Shown here piece by piece: positions 9,476 to 18,553 of a stretch of 39,288 nt of DNA. Made by a program: the position numbers and the translations under genes. Every line of letters starts with the position of its first letter. Position 1 is the first letter of the stretch. The DNA is from Pirellulales bacterium. Lineage in GTDB: Bacteria; Planctomycetota; Planctomycetia; Pirellulales; Pirellulaceae. Under the pieces are notes generated by a model. That model was not told where the DNA came from. It saw nothing but the letters and a program-made list of their open reading frames with translations, and searched no databases. The stretch spans positions 1 through 39,288 of the forward strand of contig JBBQRC010000001.1 of NCBI GenBank assembly GCA_038215215.1, written 5' to 3'.

Positions 9476-10717
9476 GTGTTTGACTCTGTCACCATTCGCA
9501 TCGCCCTCCGCGCTTTGGCCAAGAACAAGATGCGCGCTGGGTTGACGGTGCTGGGGGTGGTTATTGGTATTGCGGCCGTCACCGCAATGGTCTCGGTGGG
9601 GATGTCCGCCAGCCAGTTAGTTCAGGGCGAGTTCCAAAACTTGGGAACAAACGTGATCGTGGTGATTCCTGGCAATGAGCAATCGCGCGGAGGAGTTCGC
9701 AGTCAAATTATGTCGCTGACGCCAGCGGATTGCCGCGCGCTGACAGAGGAATGCGAAAGTGTGTTGGCGGCTTCGCCCTTCGTCTTCGCCACCGGACAAG
9801 CGATCTACGGCAATAGTAACTACACCGCGCGTGAAACCTTTGGTGTCGACGAGAGTTTTCCGATCGTTCGCAACTGGCAAATGCGCTTGGGGAATTTCTT
9901 TTCTGAACGCGATGTGGCCAATGCCAACAAAGTCTGTGTGCTTGGGCAGACCGTCGTCAAAAATCTATTCCAAACTTCGAACCCGATCGGCCAGCAAATT
10001 CGCGTTAAGAATATCCCTTTCGAAGTCGTTGGTGTGCTTGAACGCAAAGGGGCTAACATGGTCGGAGAGGATCAAGACGATGTGCTGGTCATGCCCTATT
10101 CGACGGTGCGAAAACGCTTGCAGGGGAGCAATTTTGATACGGTCAATCTAATTATGGCGTCAGCCCGGAGCACCGAGACAATGAAGGCGGCCGAGATCGA
10201 AATGCGCTCACTGCTACTGGATCGTCACAAAATTGTGCCCGGACAGCCCGCTGACTTCGAGGTCGCCAACACCACTGAAATCGCTGCCGTGCTGGGCATC
10301 ATCACCGGCACGTTGACCATGATGCTGGCGGCGATCGCAGGCATTTCGTTAGTGGTAGGAGGCGTTGGCATCATGAATATCATGCTAGTTTCCGTGACGG
10401 AGCGGACACGGGAGATCGGTATTCGCATGGCCGTAGGCGCGACGTCGCGCGATATTCTGCTTCAGTTCCTTGTCGAATCGGTCGTATTATCGATCATCGG
10501 TGGAGCCATTGGTGTCGCCTTGGGCGTGGGCGCCTCGGTCGGATTAACGATGATTATCAACGCAGTTTCCAGTGGCAGGCCCTGGCCAATTGTGGTCAGT
10601 TTGCCAGCCGCCGGCGTGGCTCTGGTATTCTCCGCGCTGGTTGGGATCGGCTTTGGCTACTATCCTGCCTGGCGCGCCAGTCGACTCGATCCCATTGATG
10701 CGCTGCGTTACGAATAA
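9476..10717 (+). CDS. MacB/FtsX-family ABC transporter permease
   Basis: RAGLTVLGVVIGIAAV, GGVGIMNIMLVSVTERTREIGIRMAVGA and PAWRASRLDPIDALRYE. Confidence 0.95.
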   Translation: MFDSVTIRIALRALAKNKMRAGLTVLGVVIGIAAVTAMVSVGMSASQLVQGEFQNLGTNVIVVIPGNEQSRGGVRSQIMSLTPADCRALTEECESVLAASPFVFATGQAIYGNSNYTARETFGVDESFPIVRNWQMRLGNFFSERDVANANKVCVLGQTVVKNLFQTSNPIGQQIRVKNIPFEVVGVLERKGANMVGEDQDDVLVMPYSTVRKRLQGSNFDTVNLIMASARSTETMKAAEIEMRSLLLDRHKIVPGQPADFEVANTTEIAAVLGIITGTLTMMLAAIAGISLVVGGVGIMNIMLVSVTERTREIGIRMAVGATSRDILLQFLVESVVLSIIGGAIGVALGVGASVGLTMIINAVSSGRPWPIVVSLPAAGVALVFSALVGIGFGYYPAWRASRLDPIDALRYE

Positions 10718-11326
10718 GGAAGTTTGGCTCGTTGATTCCAGGGGCTGGCTGAGTGCCGCAGTGACGAAGCGGAAAATCTTTTCGACAGACTCGATGCCAA
10801 ACCGTTTTTGAGCTCGCCGCATTACCGGGTACCCAAGGTGGGCAAGCATCGTGTTCGGCCGGGAGAATGCCAGCACGTCAATCCACACGGTTTCGTCAGC
10901 GTTCATTTCGACCAGGAAGCGTTCTTCCCCCATCGCTATGTGGTCAGACAGTGTGCCATGCGCATAGCCAAAGCGTGGTAAGACGTGGCGATCGTCAAGC
11001 GTGTAGACAACACGACAGGCGTTAAGCCACCACAGTCCAAAAGCCCGACCGATCACCGCTAGCTGCTCGCCCTGCCTCAACGGCGCGTTTTTCGGCCAAC
11101 AGTCGACCCAACCCAATTGGAGTTGCTGCCACAAACGGAGCGCATCGCACCCTGCTTCAAAGGCCCTAATGCCCTGGCCTAGTTGCCGGCGAGTGTGATT
11201 AATGGCGTAACCGCTAGGTAACTGTGAATTGGTAGCACCTACCTCTGCGTAACTGAAGGAGCTGGTTAAGTAGTTGTCGAGGTATTGGCGAAGGGCGTAA
11301 GGCTCCGGTTTTCGCAGCAGAATCAT
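10544..11326 (-). CDS. DUF1990 (UPF0548) family protein
   Basis: FSYAEVGAT, LNACRVVY, FGYAHGTLSDH...GEERF and AFSRP. Start at ATG 11326 (MILLRKP). Confidence 0.85.
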   Translation of the reverse strand: MILLRKPEPYALRQYLDNYLTSSFSYAEVGATNSQLPSGYAINHTRRQLGQGIRAFEAGCDALRLWQQLQLGWVDCWPKNAPLRQGEQLAVIGRAFGLWWLNACRVVYTLDDRHVLPRFGYAHGTLSDHIAMGEERFLVEMNADETVWIDVLAFSRPNTMLAHLGYPVMRRAQKRFGIESVEKIFRFVTAALSQPLESTSQTSLFVTQRINGIESTGAPGRIVAKADPNQRGEYQSHAGGWQTDHNWPGPATGNCVDNHR

Positions 11327-11530
11327 GGGGTGCCCGCAGTTGGAAAAGGCCAAGGTAATCGCCACATGGCGTGTAACCGCAGAAATCTCCGTAAGACAAC
11401 AGACGGGTGCCTTGGCAGTACTTGAGGACGTGCAGCCGCAGCGATTTCAACGCGTCCGCTGCCCTGCCGAGACGGAGCTACCTGCGCTAAGGGTCGTCCC
11501 AAAACAAGTTACCGGTGTAATCGACCTGGG

Positions 11531-14500
11531 TTACTGATTTTGTTCGGCAGTGATCGCCATCACCACAGGCGCTGTATTATCGGGACCTTTCACCAATTCA
11601 ATTGACTTGACGAGCGCAATCCGCCGCGGTTCGACCTTTAAGTAGCGAATCTGTTGGCCCTGCAGCGCAAAGGCAAACTTCGACTGCGGGACATCCACGC
11701 GGCGAATGTAGTCGGCAAAGTGGACGCCGTTGATCAGCGGAACGTCCTCGGTCTGACCGTCGGCAAACTGAAAACGCACAATCATGCTCGTCGACTTGGT
11801 GGAGTCGAAAGGGAAGCCCCAACCGCTAACGCCGCTCAATAGGTGCAAAGTTTTGACCACCATATTGCATGGCAACGAAACACTACGGGGCATTTTGGGG
11901 GGGAGTGGGCCATTGGGTCCGTACAGCAGGATGATGTTTGGTCGCGTCTTACCGAGTGGGTCGACCAAATAGAATGGCACACCTTCAAACTCTTTCGGTT
12001 TCCAGTCGCGAAAGATCAGCCGATCCGGTCCATCATCGGAATTACTGAACAGTCCCTGCGTGCTTACAGCGGTGGCTACGGAAGCCAACTGCAGTGGCAC
12101 AAAGCGGCCTTTGCTGGTGAGGAACTCGAGCAAGTCGGTCATATCTGTCGGCTTTAATTGCTGCTCGAAGCCTTCGGGCATGAGCGATTTGTTGGTTGAA
12201 GTGATACGTTCGACGTCGTCACGTGCAATCGAATGTCGTTTGGCTTCAGCGTCAATCAGTTCGATGGCGGATTGTGATTCGGCCGCCAGCATCCCGTTGA
12301 GAACCTGACCGTCCGCCGTCAAGACGGTATACCGACGGAAATTGCCCTCCACGCTGCGATTGGGATCCAAAACGTGAATCAGCAATTCCTCTTTAGGATG
12401 GACGGCCATGCCGGTTAGGTCGGGACCAATCTCGTTCCCTTCTCCAGAGTGTTTGTGACAATTCGCGCAATTTTTGGTGAACAACTGCTTGCCGGCTTTT
12501 GCGTCTCCGGTGCTATGTGTTGTTGCTGAATAAGCATCCAAAACTTTCTGCCGATCAGCGCTTACCAGTCCTCCGGAAGCGGCCAATAGCTTTTCTGCGG
12601 CGGTCCGAATTGCCCGATCTGGATGGCTCCGCAGCGACTGACGCTGATCGAGCGAAAGATCGCCGACGGTGATGAACCCTTTCGAAATCGCCTCCATCAA
12701 GTCGGTGGTGGTTTGAGGACGTTTGAGGAGCACCGATAAGACGTCGCTTCGTAGTGTCGGGGTCAGTGATGGCCAGGCGGTAATCAGTTGGGGAGCTACG
12801 TTGGCTGCCGTGGAGTCCGCCATGGCTCGCACCAGGCCACTGGCAACCGCGGGTGGCAATTGCGGCGAAATTGCCGCCACCAAGCTGGTAATAGCCGCTT
12901 CGCTGGTGTTGTCGAGACTGACCAAGTCGGCCGCCGCAGCAATTCGCTTGTCCACGCTAAGACCAGCATCCTCGATGCTCGCCAGCAGTGACTGGATGAT
13001 TTCACCTGCGTATTTCTGCAGCCTGACGCTTCCCCAACGTCGTGACAGTCGGACAAGTGCACCGCGGCCCTGCGGGCTAAGCTTGTCGACGAGCTGCTCG
13101 AGTGTTTGCTCACTGGCGGCGGACAGCTTAGGTTGCTGATCTTTGGGCCAACCGGCGGCCAAGCCATCGATCACTGCTTCGACCAATTCCGGGTTGCCGT
13201 TGGCCAATTGGCTGACCAGTAGCTCGACAGCTTTCGTGTCCATCCCGGACCTTGCCAAATGTTCCGCCACGACGCGGACGGGAGTCTGATTGCTGCTGAC
13301 GGCAGCCGGAGCAGCTTCCGCTTGCGCGGCCAAGGCGGCGGCTAAAAACGTGTCCGCTTGCATGGCGGCAGCACAGATGAGTCCTTCCTGCAGAAATTTG
13401 TCTTGCATCCATGCAGTTTGTCGCGACAGTGTGGCGAGAGCCCGGCCGGCCGTCTCGTGAACTGGTTGATCGGCGAGTGCCATCAGCCCACCCAGCAGTA
13501 CTTGCTGATCGGTGTCCTGTAGCAAACCGGCGGCCACGATCGCTGCAGCCGACTCCGCCGCTGCGGGGAGCACCAGTGCCGCATTGCGACGCACGCCCGC
13601 CGCCGGATGCTTGAGGGCTTTGACTGCGGCCGAGAAGGTGGCACCGGAGGCTTGCTCCATGGCTCCGAGGCCCTTGAGTGTCCACAGGGCGTGAATGGCG
13701 CCTGGATTGTTACCGGTCGTATCGACGGATGTGTTATCAACTAACTGCACCAGAGCAGCCAGCACATCGGTTTGGCCGCGTTCTACCAGCAAACGTTGTG
13801 CATGCCGACGCCATAAACGATTGGGGTGGCTGAGCGCGGCCACTAGGCTGGATGCATCGGTTACGTCAAGCTTGGCAGGTTGGTCAGCGCCCGCCTGTCC
13901 ATCTGGGCCGTCGTAAACTAAGCGATAGACGCGACCATGTTTCTTATCGCGCAGGTCCGATTCATACGCGTTTCCCTTGCCGGTCTTGAATCCCTGGGGC
14001 GTGGGATTGTGCTGGACAATGTAATTATACCAGTCGAGTATCCACATGTTGCCATCAGGCCCCACTTCCGCCATGATCGGCGCGGCCCATTCATCGTCAC
14101 TGGCAACCAAATTGAATTGGTTTGAATCTCGGAAAGTTGCCCCTTGGCGGTTGAGCACAAAAGTACCGACGAGATGACCGGTTGGGCCGCACACAAACGC
14201 CACTCGATTCCACCAGGCTGGAGGATAAGTACGGGCTGTATAGAGGGCGTGTCCAGCGCCGGCCGTGTACCCACCGTGTTGATCGACTTGCCGCACTTTA
14301 TCGGTAATTGGTTTGAAAAGGTAGGTATCCGAGATAAGGTCCGCCATAAGGCTCGGTGTCCAGCCACGCACTCGTTCGTAGTACCGATTTGGAATCGGCA
14401 CAAAGAAGCTGGGTGCTCGGTTGGCAGTTGATGCAAAAATCAGCCCCTCTTCGCTGATCCCAATGCCCCAACTGTTATTAGTCGTTGAGCGCACAAATTC

Positions 14501-15964
14501 CACGTCGGTCACTTCAGCCGAACCACCACCAGCTGTGACGGAAAAGTTAAAGGGACCTTGGCGGAAACCACGATGTTTGCCAGTCGCGTATTCAGGGTGC
14601 GAGTCGTTGTACCCCTGCATTGCCCAGTAGCGGTTGTCGAGTCCGTAATTGAAATTGCTGACGCCACCGTGGGTATCCCCCATGGCCCAGCCACTGATCA
14701 AGACCTTGCGTTCATCAGCTCGATCGTCACCGTTGGTGTCTTTCAAGTACAACGTTTCCACGCCGGCTTGCACAATCACACCACCCCGACAGAATTCGAT
14801 GGATGTTGGAATGCTGAGTTGTTCGGCGAACACGGTGAACTTATCAGCCTGGCCGTCGCCGTCGGTGTCCTCGCAGATGCGAATGCGATCGCGACCCTGC
14901 TCGGGAGGGGACAATTCGTTCGGATAGTCAATCGTTTCGCACACCCACAAGCGTCCGCGTTCGTCCCAATTCATGGCTATCGGTTTGCCTTGAAATTGCG
15001 GTTCGGCCGCAAAGAGCTCCAGATGAAAGTTCTCAGGTGTAACGTAATGCTTTAGCGATTCCGCCGGTGAGAGCGGCTGTTGCATCTTGGTAATGATTTC
15101 TCCCTGCACACCCCAGCGTTCGCCCGCCACGTAATTGGGGATTTTTGGTCCCACTTCGTCGAATTCGAACTTGGCGGTATCAGTGCGTAGTACGGTCATC
15201 GCCGGGATTGGAAACCGGCTATCATCGCGATAGTCAGGAATTTTGGTCGACTCGTCGCCGCATGCCCAACGGATCCCGCGTTCAACTAAATTCTGAAATC
15301 CCGGATGTCCCCACGTCCGCTGATCGTGGCCCCAAGCTGTGTAGAACACGCGACCTTGGCCTTGCGTCCGTACCCACGTCCAAGGTTCGACTTGGTTGCC
15401 CGCATCTTGTCCGCCCGCTCGACGCACTTCCAGCACGATACGATTGCGGTCGTTATGCTTCGTGTGAATATAGGTTTCATCCCAACTGGAGAATCCTCCG
15501 AAACCCTGCATGATCGGGTGATTCGGCAACACGATCTCGGTGGCAAACTCTTCGCCGCCATGTTTTTTGAACTGGGCGCCCACCAAATCAATGTAGGCAG
15601 TTGAGTTGAGGAAGCAGTACGAGGCACAGTGCAATGGGATGAAACCGCCCCCCTCAGCCACATATTGCAGCAAGTCAGCCTCCAAGGGCGCGGGGAGCTC
15701 GGTGGTGTTTGCGTACACGATGAGTCCCGCATACTGCTTCAAATTTGCTAACTGGAGCTGCTGGAGGTCCTCGGTGTAGGTGACCGAAATCCCTCGCTGG
15801 GCCAGCACGGGTATGAGCTGCTCTGCTCGAGCTCGCGGTGCGTGGTGCCCGCTGTCGCCCAAAAAGAGGACTTTCAGATCTGCCGCGGAGGCCTGAAGGC
15901 TAAACAAGGTACCCGCCACGATGAGCCAAAAAGGTACAGTCAACTGGACGAAACGTGTGCGCAT
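11531..15964 (-). CDS. PVC-type membrane-bound dehydrogenase-like protein: ThuA-like domain, beta-propeller, HEAT-like repeats, cytochrome c (CxxCH) and an extra C-terminal domain
   Basis: Signal peptide; GRVFYTAWGH (ThuA-like); PIAMNWDERGRLWV and EDTDGDGQADKFTVFA; CANCH...IGPDLTG; SLMPEGFE. Confidence 0.92.
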   Translation of the reverse strand: MRTRFVQLTVPFWLIVAGTLFSLQASAADLKVLFLGDSGHHAPRARAEQLIPVLAQRGISVTYTEDLQQLQLANLKQYAGLIVYANTTELPAPLEADLLQYVAEGGGFIPLHCASYCFLNSTAYIDLVGAQFKKHGGEEFATEIVLPNHPIMQGFGGFSSWDETYIHTKHNDRNRIVLEVRRAGGQDAGNQVEPWTWVRTQGQGRVFYTAWGHDQRTWGHPGFQNLVERGIRWACGDESTKIPDYRDDSRFPIPAMTVLRTDTAKFEFDEVGPKIPNYVAGERWGVQGEIITKMQQPLSPAESLKHYVTPENFHLELFAAEPQFQGKPIAMNWDERGRLWVCETIDYPNELSPPEQGRDRIRICEDTDGDGQADKFTVFAEQLSIPTSIEFCRGGVIVQAGVETLYLKDTNGDDRADERKVLISGWAMGDTHGGVSNFNYGLDNRYWAMQGYNDSHPEYATGKHRGFRQGPFNFSVTAGGGSAEVTDVEFVRSTTNNSWGIGISEEGLIFASTANRAPSFFVPIPNRYYERVRGWTPSLMADLISDTYLFKPITDKVRQVDQHGGYTAGAGHALYTARTYPPAWWNRVAFVCGPTGHLVGTFVLNRQGATFRDSNQFNLVASDDEWAAPIMAEVGPDGNMWILDWYNYIVQHNPTPQGFKTGKGNAYESDLRDKKHGRVYRLVYDGPDGQAGADQPAKLDVTDASSLVAALSHPNRLWRRHAQRLLVERGQTDVLAALVQLVDNTSVDTTGNNPGAIHALWTLKGLGAMEQASGATFSAAVKALKHPAAGVRRNAALVLPAAAESAAAIVAAGLLQDTDQQVLLGGLMALADQPVHETAGRALATLSRQTAWMQDKFLQEGLICAAAMQADTFLAAALAAQAEAAPAAVSSNQTPVRVVAEHLARSGMDTKAVELLVSQLANGNPELVEAVIDGLAAGWPKDQQPKLSAASEQTLEQLVDKLSPQGRGALVRLSRRWGSVRLQKYAGEIIQSLLASIEDAGLSVDKRIAAAADLVSLDNTSEAAITSLVAAISPQLPPAVASGLVRAMADSTAANVAPQLITAWPSLTPTLRSDVLSVLLKRPQTTTDLMEAISKGFITVGDLSLDQRQSLRSHPDRAIRTAAEKLLAASGGLVSADRQKVLDAYSATTHSTGDAKAGKQLFTKNCANCHKHSGEGNEIGPDLTGMAVHPKEELLIHVLDPNRSVEGNFRRYTVLTADGQVLNGMLAAESQSAIELIDAEAKRHSIARDDVERITSTNKSLMPEGFEQQLKPTDMTDLLEFLTSKGRFVPLQLASVATAVSTQGLFSNSDDGPDRLIFRDWKPKEFEGVPFYLVDPLGKTRPNIILLYGPNGPLPPKMPRSVSLPCNMVVKTLHLLSGVSGWGFPFDSTKSTSMIVRFQFADGQTEDVPLINGVHFADYIRRVDVPQSKFAFALQGQQIRYLKVEPRRIALVKSIELVKGPDNTAPVVMAITAEQNQ

Positions 15965-16064
15965 GATCCCTAGCCCTAACCTCGACGGTGACAGAACCCT
16001 CAAATGACCCCCCAGTATAGCCACTCTGGTAAAGCTCGGAAAGTTGACCCGTATACGCGGTCAG

Positions 16065-16904
16065 CTATAACCATAATTTCAGTCGGTCGCCAAGCATATC
16101 AGGAATCTTCTTACGCACTGCCCGCTCGATTTGGGCCGCGTTGTAACGCACGCTGAAGTGCGCGGCGATGATCAGTTCGTTCTGAAATTGATCACGGCGG
16201 GCGATCCAATCGTCTAGGTGCATGTGACCATGCTTGTGGATTTTCTCCTTGCGATGGCGCGGCGCGACAAAGGTCATCTCCGAGATCAAAATTTGAGCGC
16301 GCAGAAAGTCGGGATTGTCGTCCAGACCGGGCGGGGATGTGTCGCCCGTGTACGCCACCACTGGCACACGTACTTCGGTACTGATTTCGATACCGCCGAG
16401 GCGCAGGTCACGAATCTCGGGCCCCGTTAGACCTAAGTATTCAGTTTTGAGTTTTTTGCGACGCTCCCACACGATGTACCCCACACTGGGAACGGTGTGA
16501 GTCGTTTTGTGGACCGTCATGACTAACTCCCGCGAGAGTTCAAATTCCTGTCCAGGTTCGACTCCAATGAGATTGCAAGGCAGTCGACCGCGGTCGAGTC
16601 GCGAGACGACGCGGAGCAGGGCTTCGACTCCATCAATGGAGTGGGCTGGTAAGTAGATGGTTGGCGGCTCCATCTTCATCATACGCCGTCGCGCGACGTA
16701 AACTGGCAATGCCGCGATGTGGTCCAAATGAGTATGAGTGATCGCGATGGTCGAGGTCCCCATGAAATCCCACGGGTGTGCCCCTAGGTCGAAGCACATG
16801 CGAAGCTCGGGAATCCGCCAATAACTTTGAACCGCTGCGCGGGAGTAACCCTCGACGGTGAGCGCGCGGTGTTGGCAAGTAATGATGGGGGCGTTGTCGA
16901 GCAT
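16065..16904 (-). CDS. MBL-fold metallohydrolase, TM-type RNase Z-like
   Basis: THTHLDH metal motif, EGYSRA N-terminal motif, short arm [28 protein letters not shown] and HFSVRY. Confidence 0.8.
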   Translation of the reverse strand: MLDNAPIITCQHRALTVEGYSRAAVQSYWRIPELRMCFDLGAHPWDFMGTSTIAITHTHLDHIAALPVYVARRRMMKMEPPTIYLPAHSIDGVEALLRVVSRLDRGRLPCNLIGVEPGQEFELSRELVMTVHKTTHTVPSVGYIVWERRKKLKTEYLGLTGPEIRDLRLGGIEISTEVRVPVVAYTGDTSPPGLDDNPDFLRAQILISEMTFVAPRHRKEKIHKHGHMHLDDWIARRDQFQNELIIAAHFSVRYNAAQIERAVRKKIPDMLGDRLKLWL

Positions 16905-17266
16905 GGGAATTTCTAGGCTTGAGCCAGAGTCAGTTCGTTGCGGAAGTCATCTGGGGGCATCCAGACAAGGATAACGAGGTCTGGTGCAAGGTTCACCAAA
17001 TTGCCTGAATTCCAATGTCACGCGGGGGCGGTGGGAGCTGGTCCTCAATTTGCCGGAACCCGGACACCTGAACCTGTGGACCGGTGCGATTATTCACAAT
17101 CTGCTCGGTTGCAACAGCCGAATTCAGTTTTCGGAGGCAGTTTCGGACCCAACTAAGCCTTTCCTAGATTGCCGATTGCTGCTAGTCTTTAGGCCTAAAC
17201 GCACTGGCGATTAGATCGCCGAGTCATCAAAACCTATTGTTACCATCACTCAAAAGCAGCGAAATA

Positions 17267-17365
17267 ATGACGAAACCTCATCACAAGCTAAAGAAAGCTA
17301 ATCACGGGGCTCGCCCGGCCAATGCCAAAGCCCGCAAAGCCAAACGCAGGAAAGTGCGCACGTAG
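17267..17365 (+). CDS. Small basic protein, 50S ribosomal protein bL37-like (32 aa)
   Basis: Hand translation gives MTKPHHKLKKANHGARPANAKARKAKRRKVRT*. It contains KANHGxRP, matching the KANHGKRP signature of mycobacterial bL37. Below the ORF-track size cut-off. Confidence 0.75.
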   Translation: MTKPHHKLKKANHGARPANAKARKAKRRKVRT

Positions 17366-17374
17366 GCCATCACT

Positions 17375-17522
17375 TAGTGCTCTGTCGATATTGAAAATTG
17401 GGCCATATTGAAAATTGGGGTTGCGGAACTCGCCAAGAGTTTCGGATTGCTTGGAAAAACCGAAAGTCTTGACAACTTTCGCTACGTACCAAACCCCTAG
17501 ATTCAATCTGGACTGTGCACTA
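17375..17522. mobile_element. MITE-like non-autonomous element with terminal inverted repeats and an internal REP-like palindrome
   Basis: Left end tagtgctctgtcgatattgaa (17375-17395) matches the reverse complement of 17502-17522 at 17/21. Internal arms 17420-17445 and 17460-17485 match at 20/26. Confidence 0.65.
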
Positions 17523-17613
17523 GGCCCTTGGGTACGTTTACGTAGACCGTTTGCGGCAGGCGTCGGGTTAATCCTGCGCCGCCAAAACGCTTGAATTGGA
17601 GATGCTAGCTGAC

Positions 17614-18153
17614 GTGGTTGCTAAAGATCTGATTCTCGACCCGGCCTCCCTCGATTTCAGCCACATCATTGCTGACCAGGCTGAGATCCGCAAATACAAT
17701 CCCCAGCGATTCGAGATGGAGCAGTTGACGGCGATCATCTACGAGGATCTGGAAAATCACGTCTGCGCGGGCTACAAAGACGTGACGCTTAACGAATTCT
17801 GGGTACGCGGACACATGCCCAACATGCCACTTATGCCCGGCGTAGTCATGCTCGAAGCCGCCGCGCAAATGTGCAGCTACTTCTCTCAAAAGCACGACTT
17901 GCTCGGGGCTGCGATGGTCGGTTTTGGCGGCCTGGAAGAGGTCCGCTTCCGCGATCCTGTTATTCCCGGCGATCGGCTCGTACTGATGTGCGAAATGACC
18001 AGGCTGCGTCGTGGCCGCATTGTTGTCACCAAATTCCAGGGTTTTGTGCGATCCTCGATGGTTGTGGAAGGGGTTCTGAAAGGAATTCCAATCCCTATCG
18101 AAGTCGTCAGTTCACAACTCGCCCGCGCCGCTGAAAACGAAGCTTCTACTTAG
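17614..18153 (+). CDS. FabA/FabZ-family 3-hydroxyacyl-ACP dehydratase (hotdog fold)
   Basis: FWVRGHMPNMPLMPGVVMLEAAAQ carries the catalytic His/Glu; also VRFRDPVIPGD. Start uncertain (17596, 17602 or 17614). Confidence 0.88.
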   Translation: MVAKDLILDPASLDFSHIIADQAEIRKYNPQRFEMEQLTAIIYEDLENHVCAGYKDVTLNEFWVRGHMPNMPLMPGVVMLEAAAQMCSYFSQKHDLLGAAMVGFGGLEEVRFRDPVIPGDRLVLMCEMTRLRRGRIVVTKFQGFVRSSMVVEGVLKGIPIPIEVVSSQLARAAENEAST

Positions 18154-18167
18154 TCAGAAAGATTGCC

Positions 18168-18392
18168 ATGTCACGTTACCTGCTTGCCCCAGCGTTGGTC
18201 TCGTTTGCCGCGCTGGTTTTTCTGAATGCCAATGCGCTGGCGCACCCGGGCCATGCCGTGGAAGTGACTGCAGCAGATTCTCCCATGCATTACATCGTAC
18301 AGCCTGAACACGCTGCAATCTGGGCTGTGTTGGCCATCGGCACTTGGCTAGTCGTTAGGTCGCTGCAACATCGCCGCCACGCGACTGCTTAA
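18168..18392 (+). CDS. Small exported or membrane protein with AHPGH motif
   Basis: Signal peptide ending ANALA, then HPGH, a His-containing segment and one C-terminal TM helix; lies 14 bp after the fabZ-like gene. Confidence 0.7.
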   Translation: MSRYLLAPALVSFAALVFLNANALAHPGHAVEVTAADSPMHYIVQPEHAAIWAVLAIGTWLVVRSLQHRRHATA

Positions 18393-18553
18393 CCCAGTTA
18401 CCCCCGTAGCATTCGGGACGGTCGAGTTGGTCGCTCATCGTACACCCGCCTTCCTCACTCAGGGTGCGTTGCGGTTTCCGTGAAAAGGGTGGCGAAACTG
18501 CAGCTACATTCTGCCGCGGTAATGGATTTCAGCTCTACCGAAAACCAACAGCC

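Noticed and set aside
16938-17214. Two 72-76 aa ORFs between the RNase Z-like and bL37-like genes
   Set aside because: No recognisable motif or ribosome-binding site; more likely divergent promoter DNA.
17288-17506. 72-aa minus-strand ORF
   Set aside because: It is made of the MITE/REP sequence plus the antisense of the bL37-like gene.
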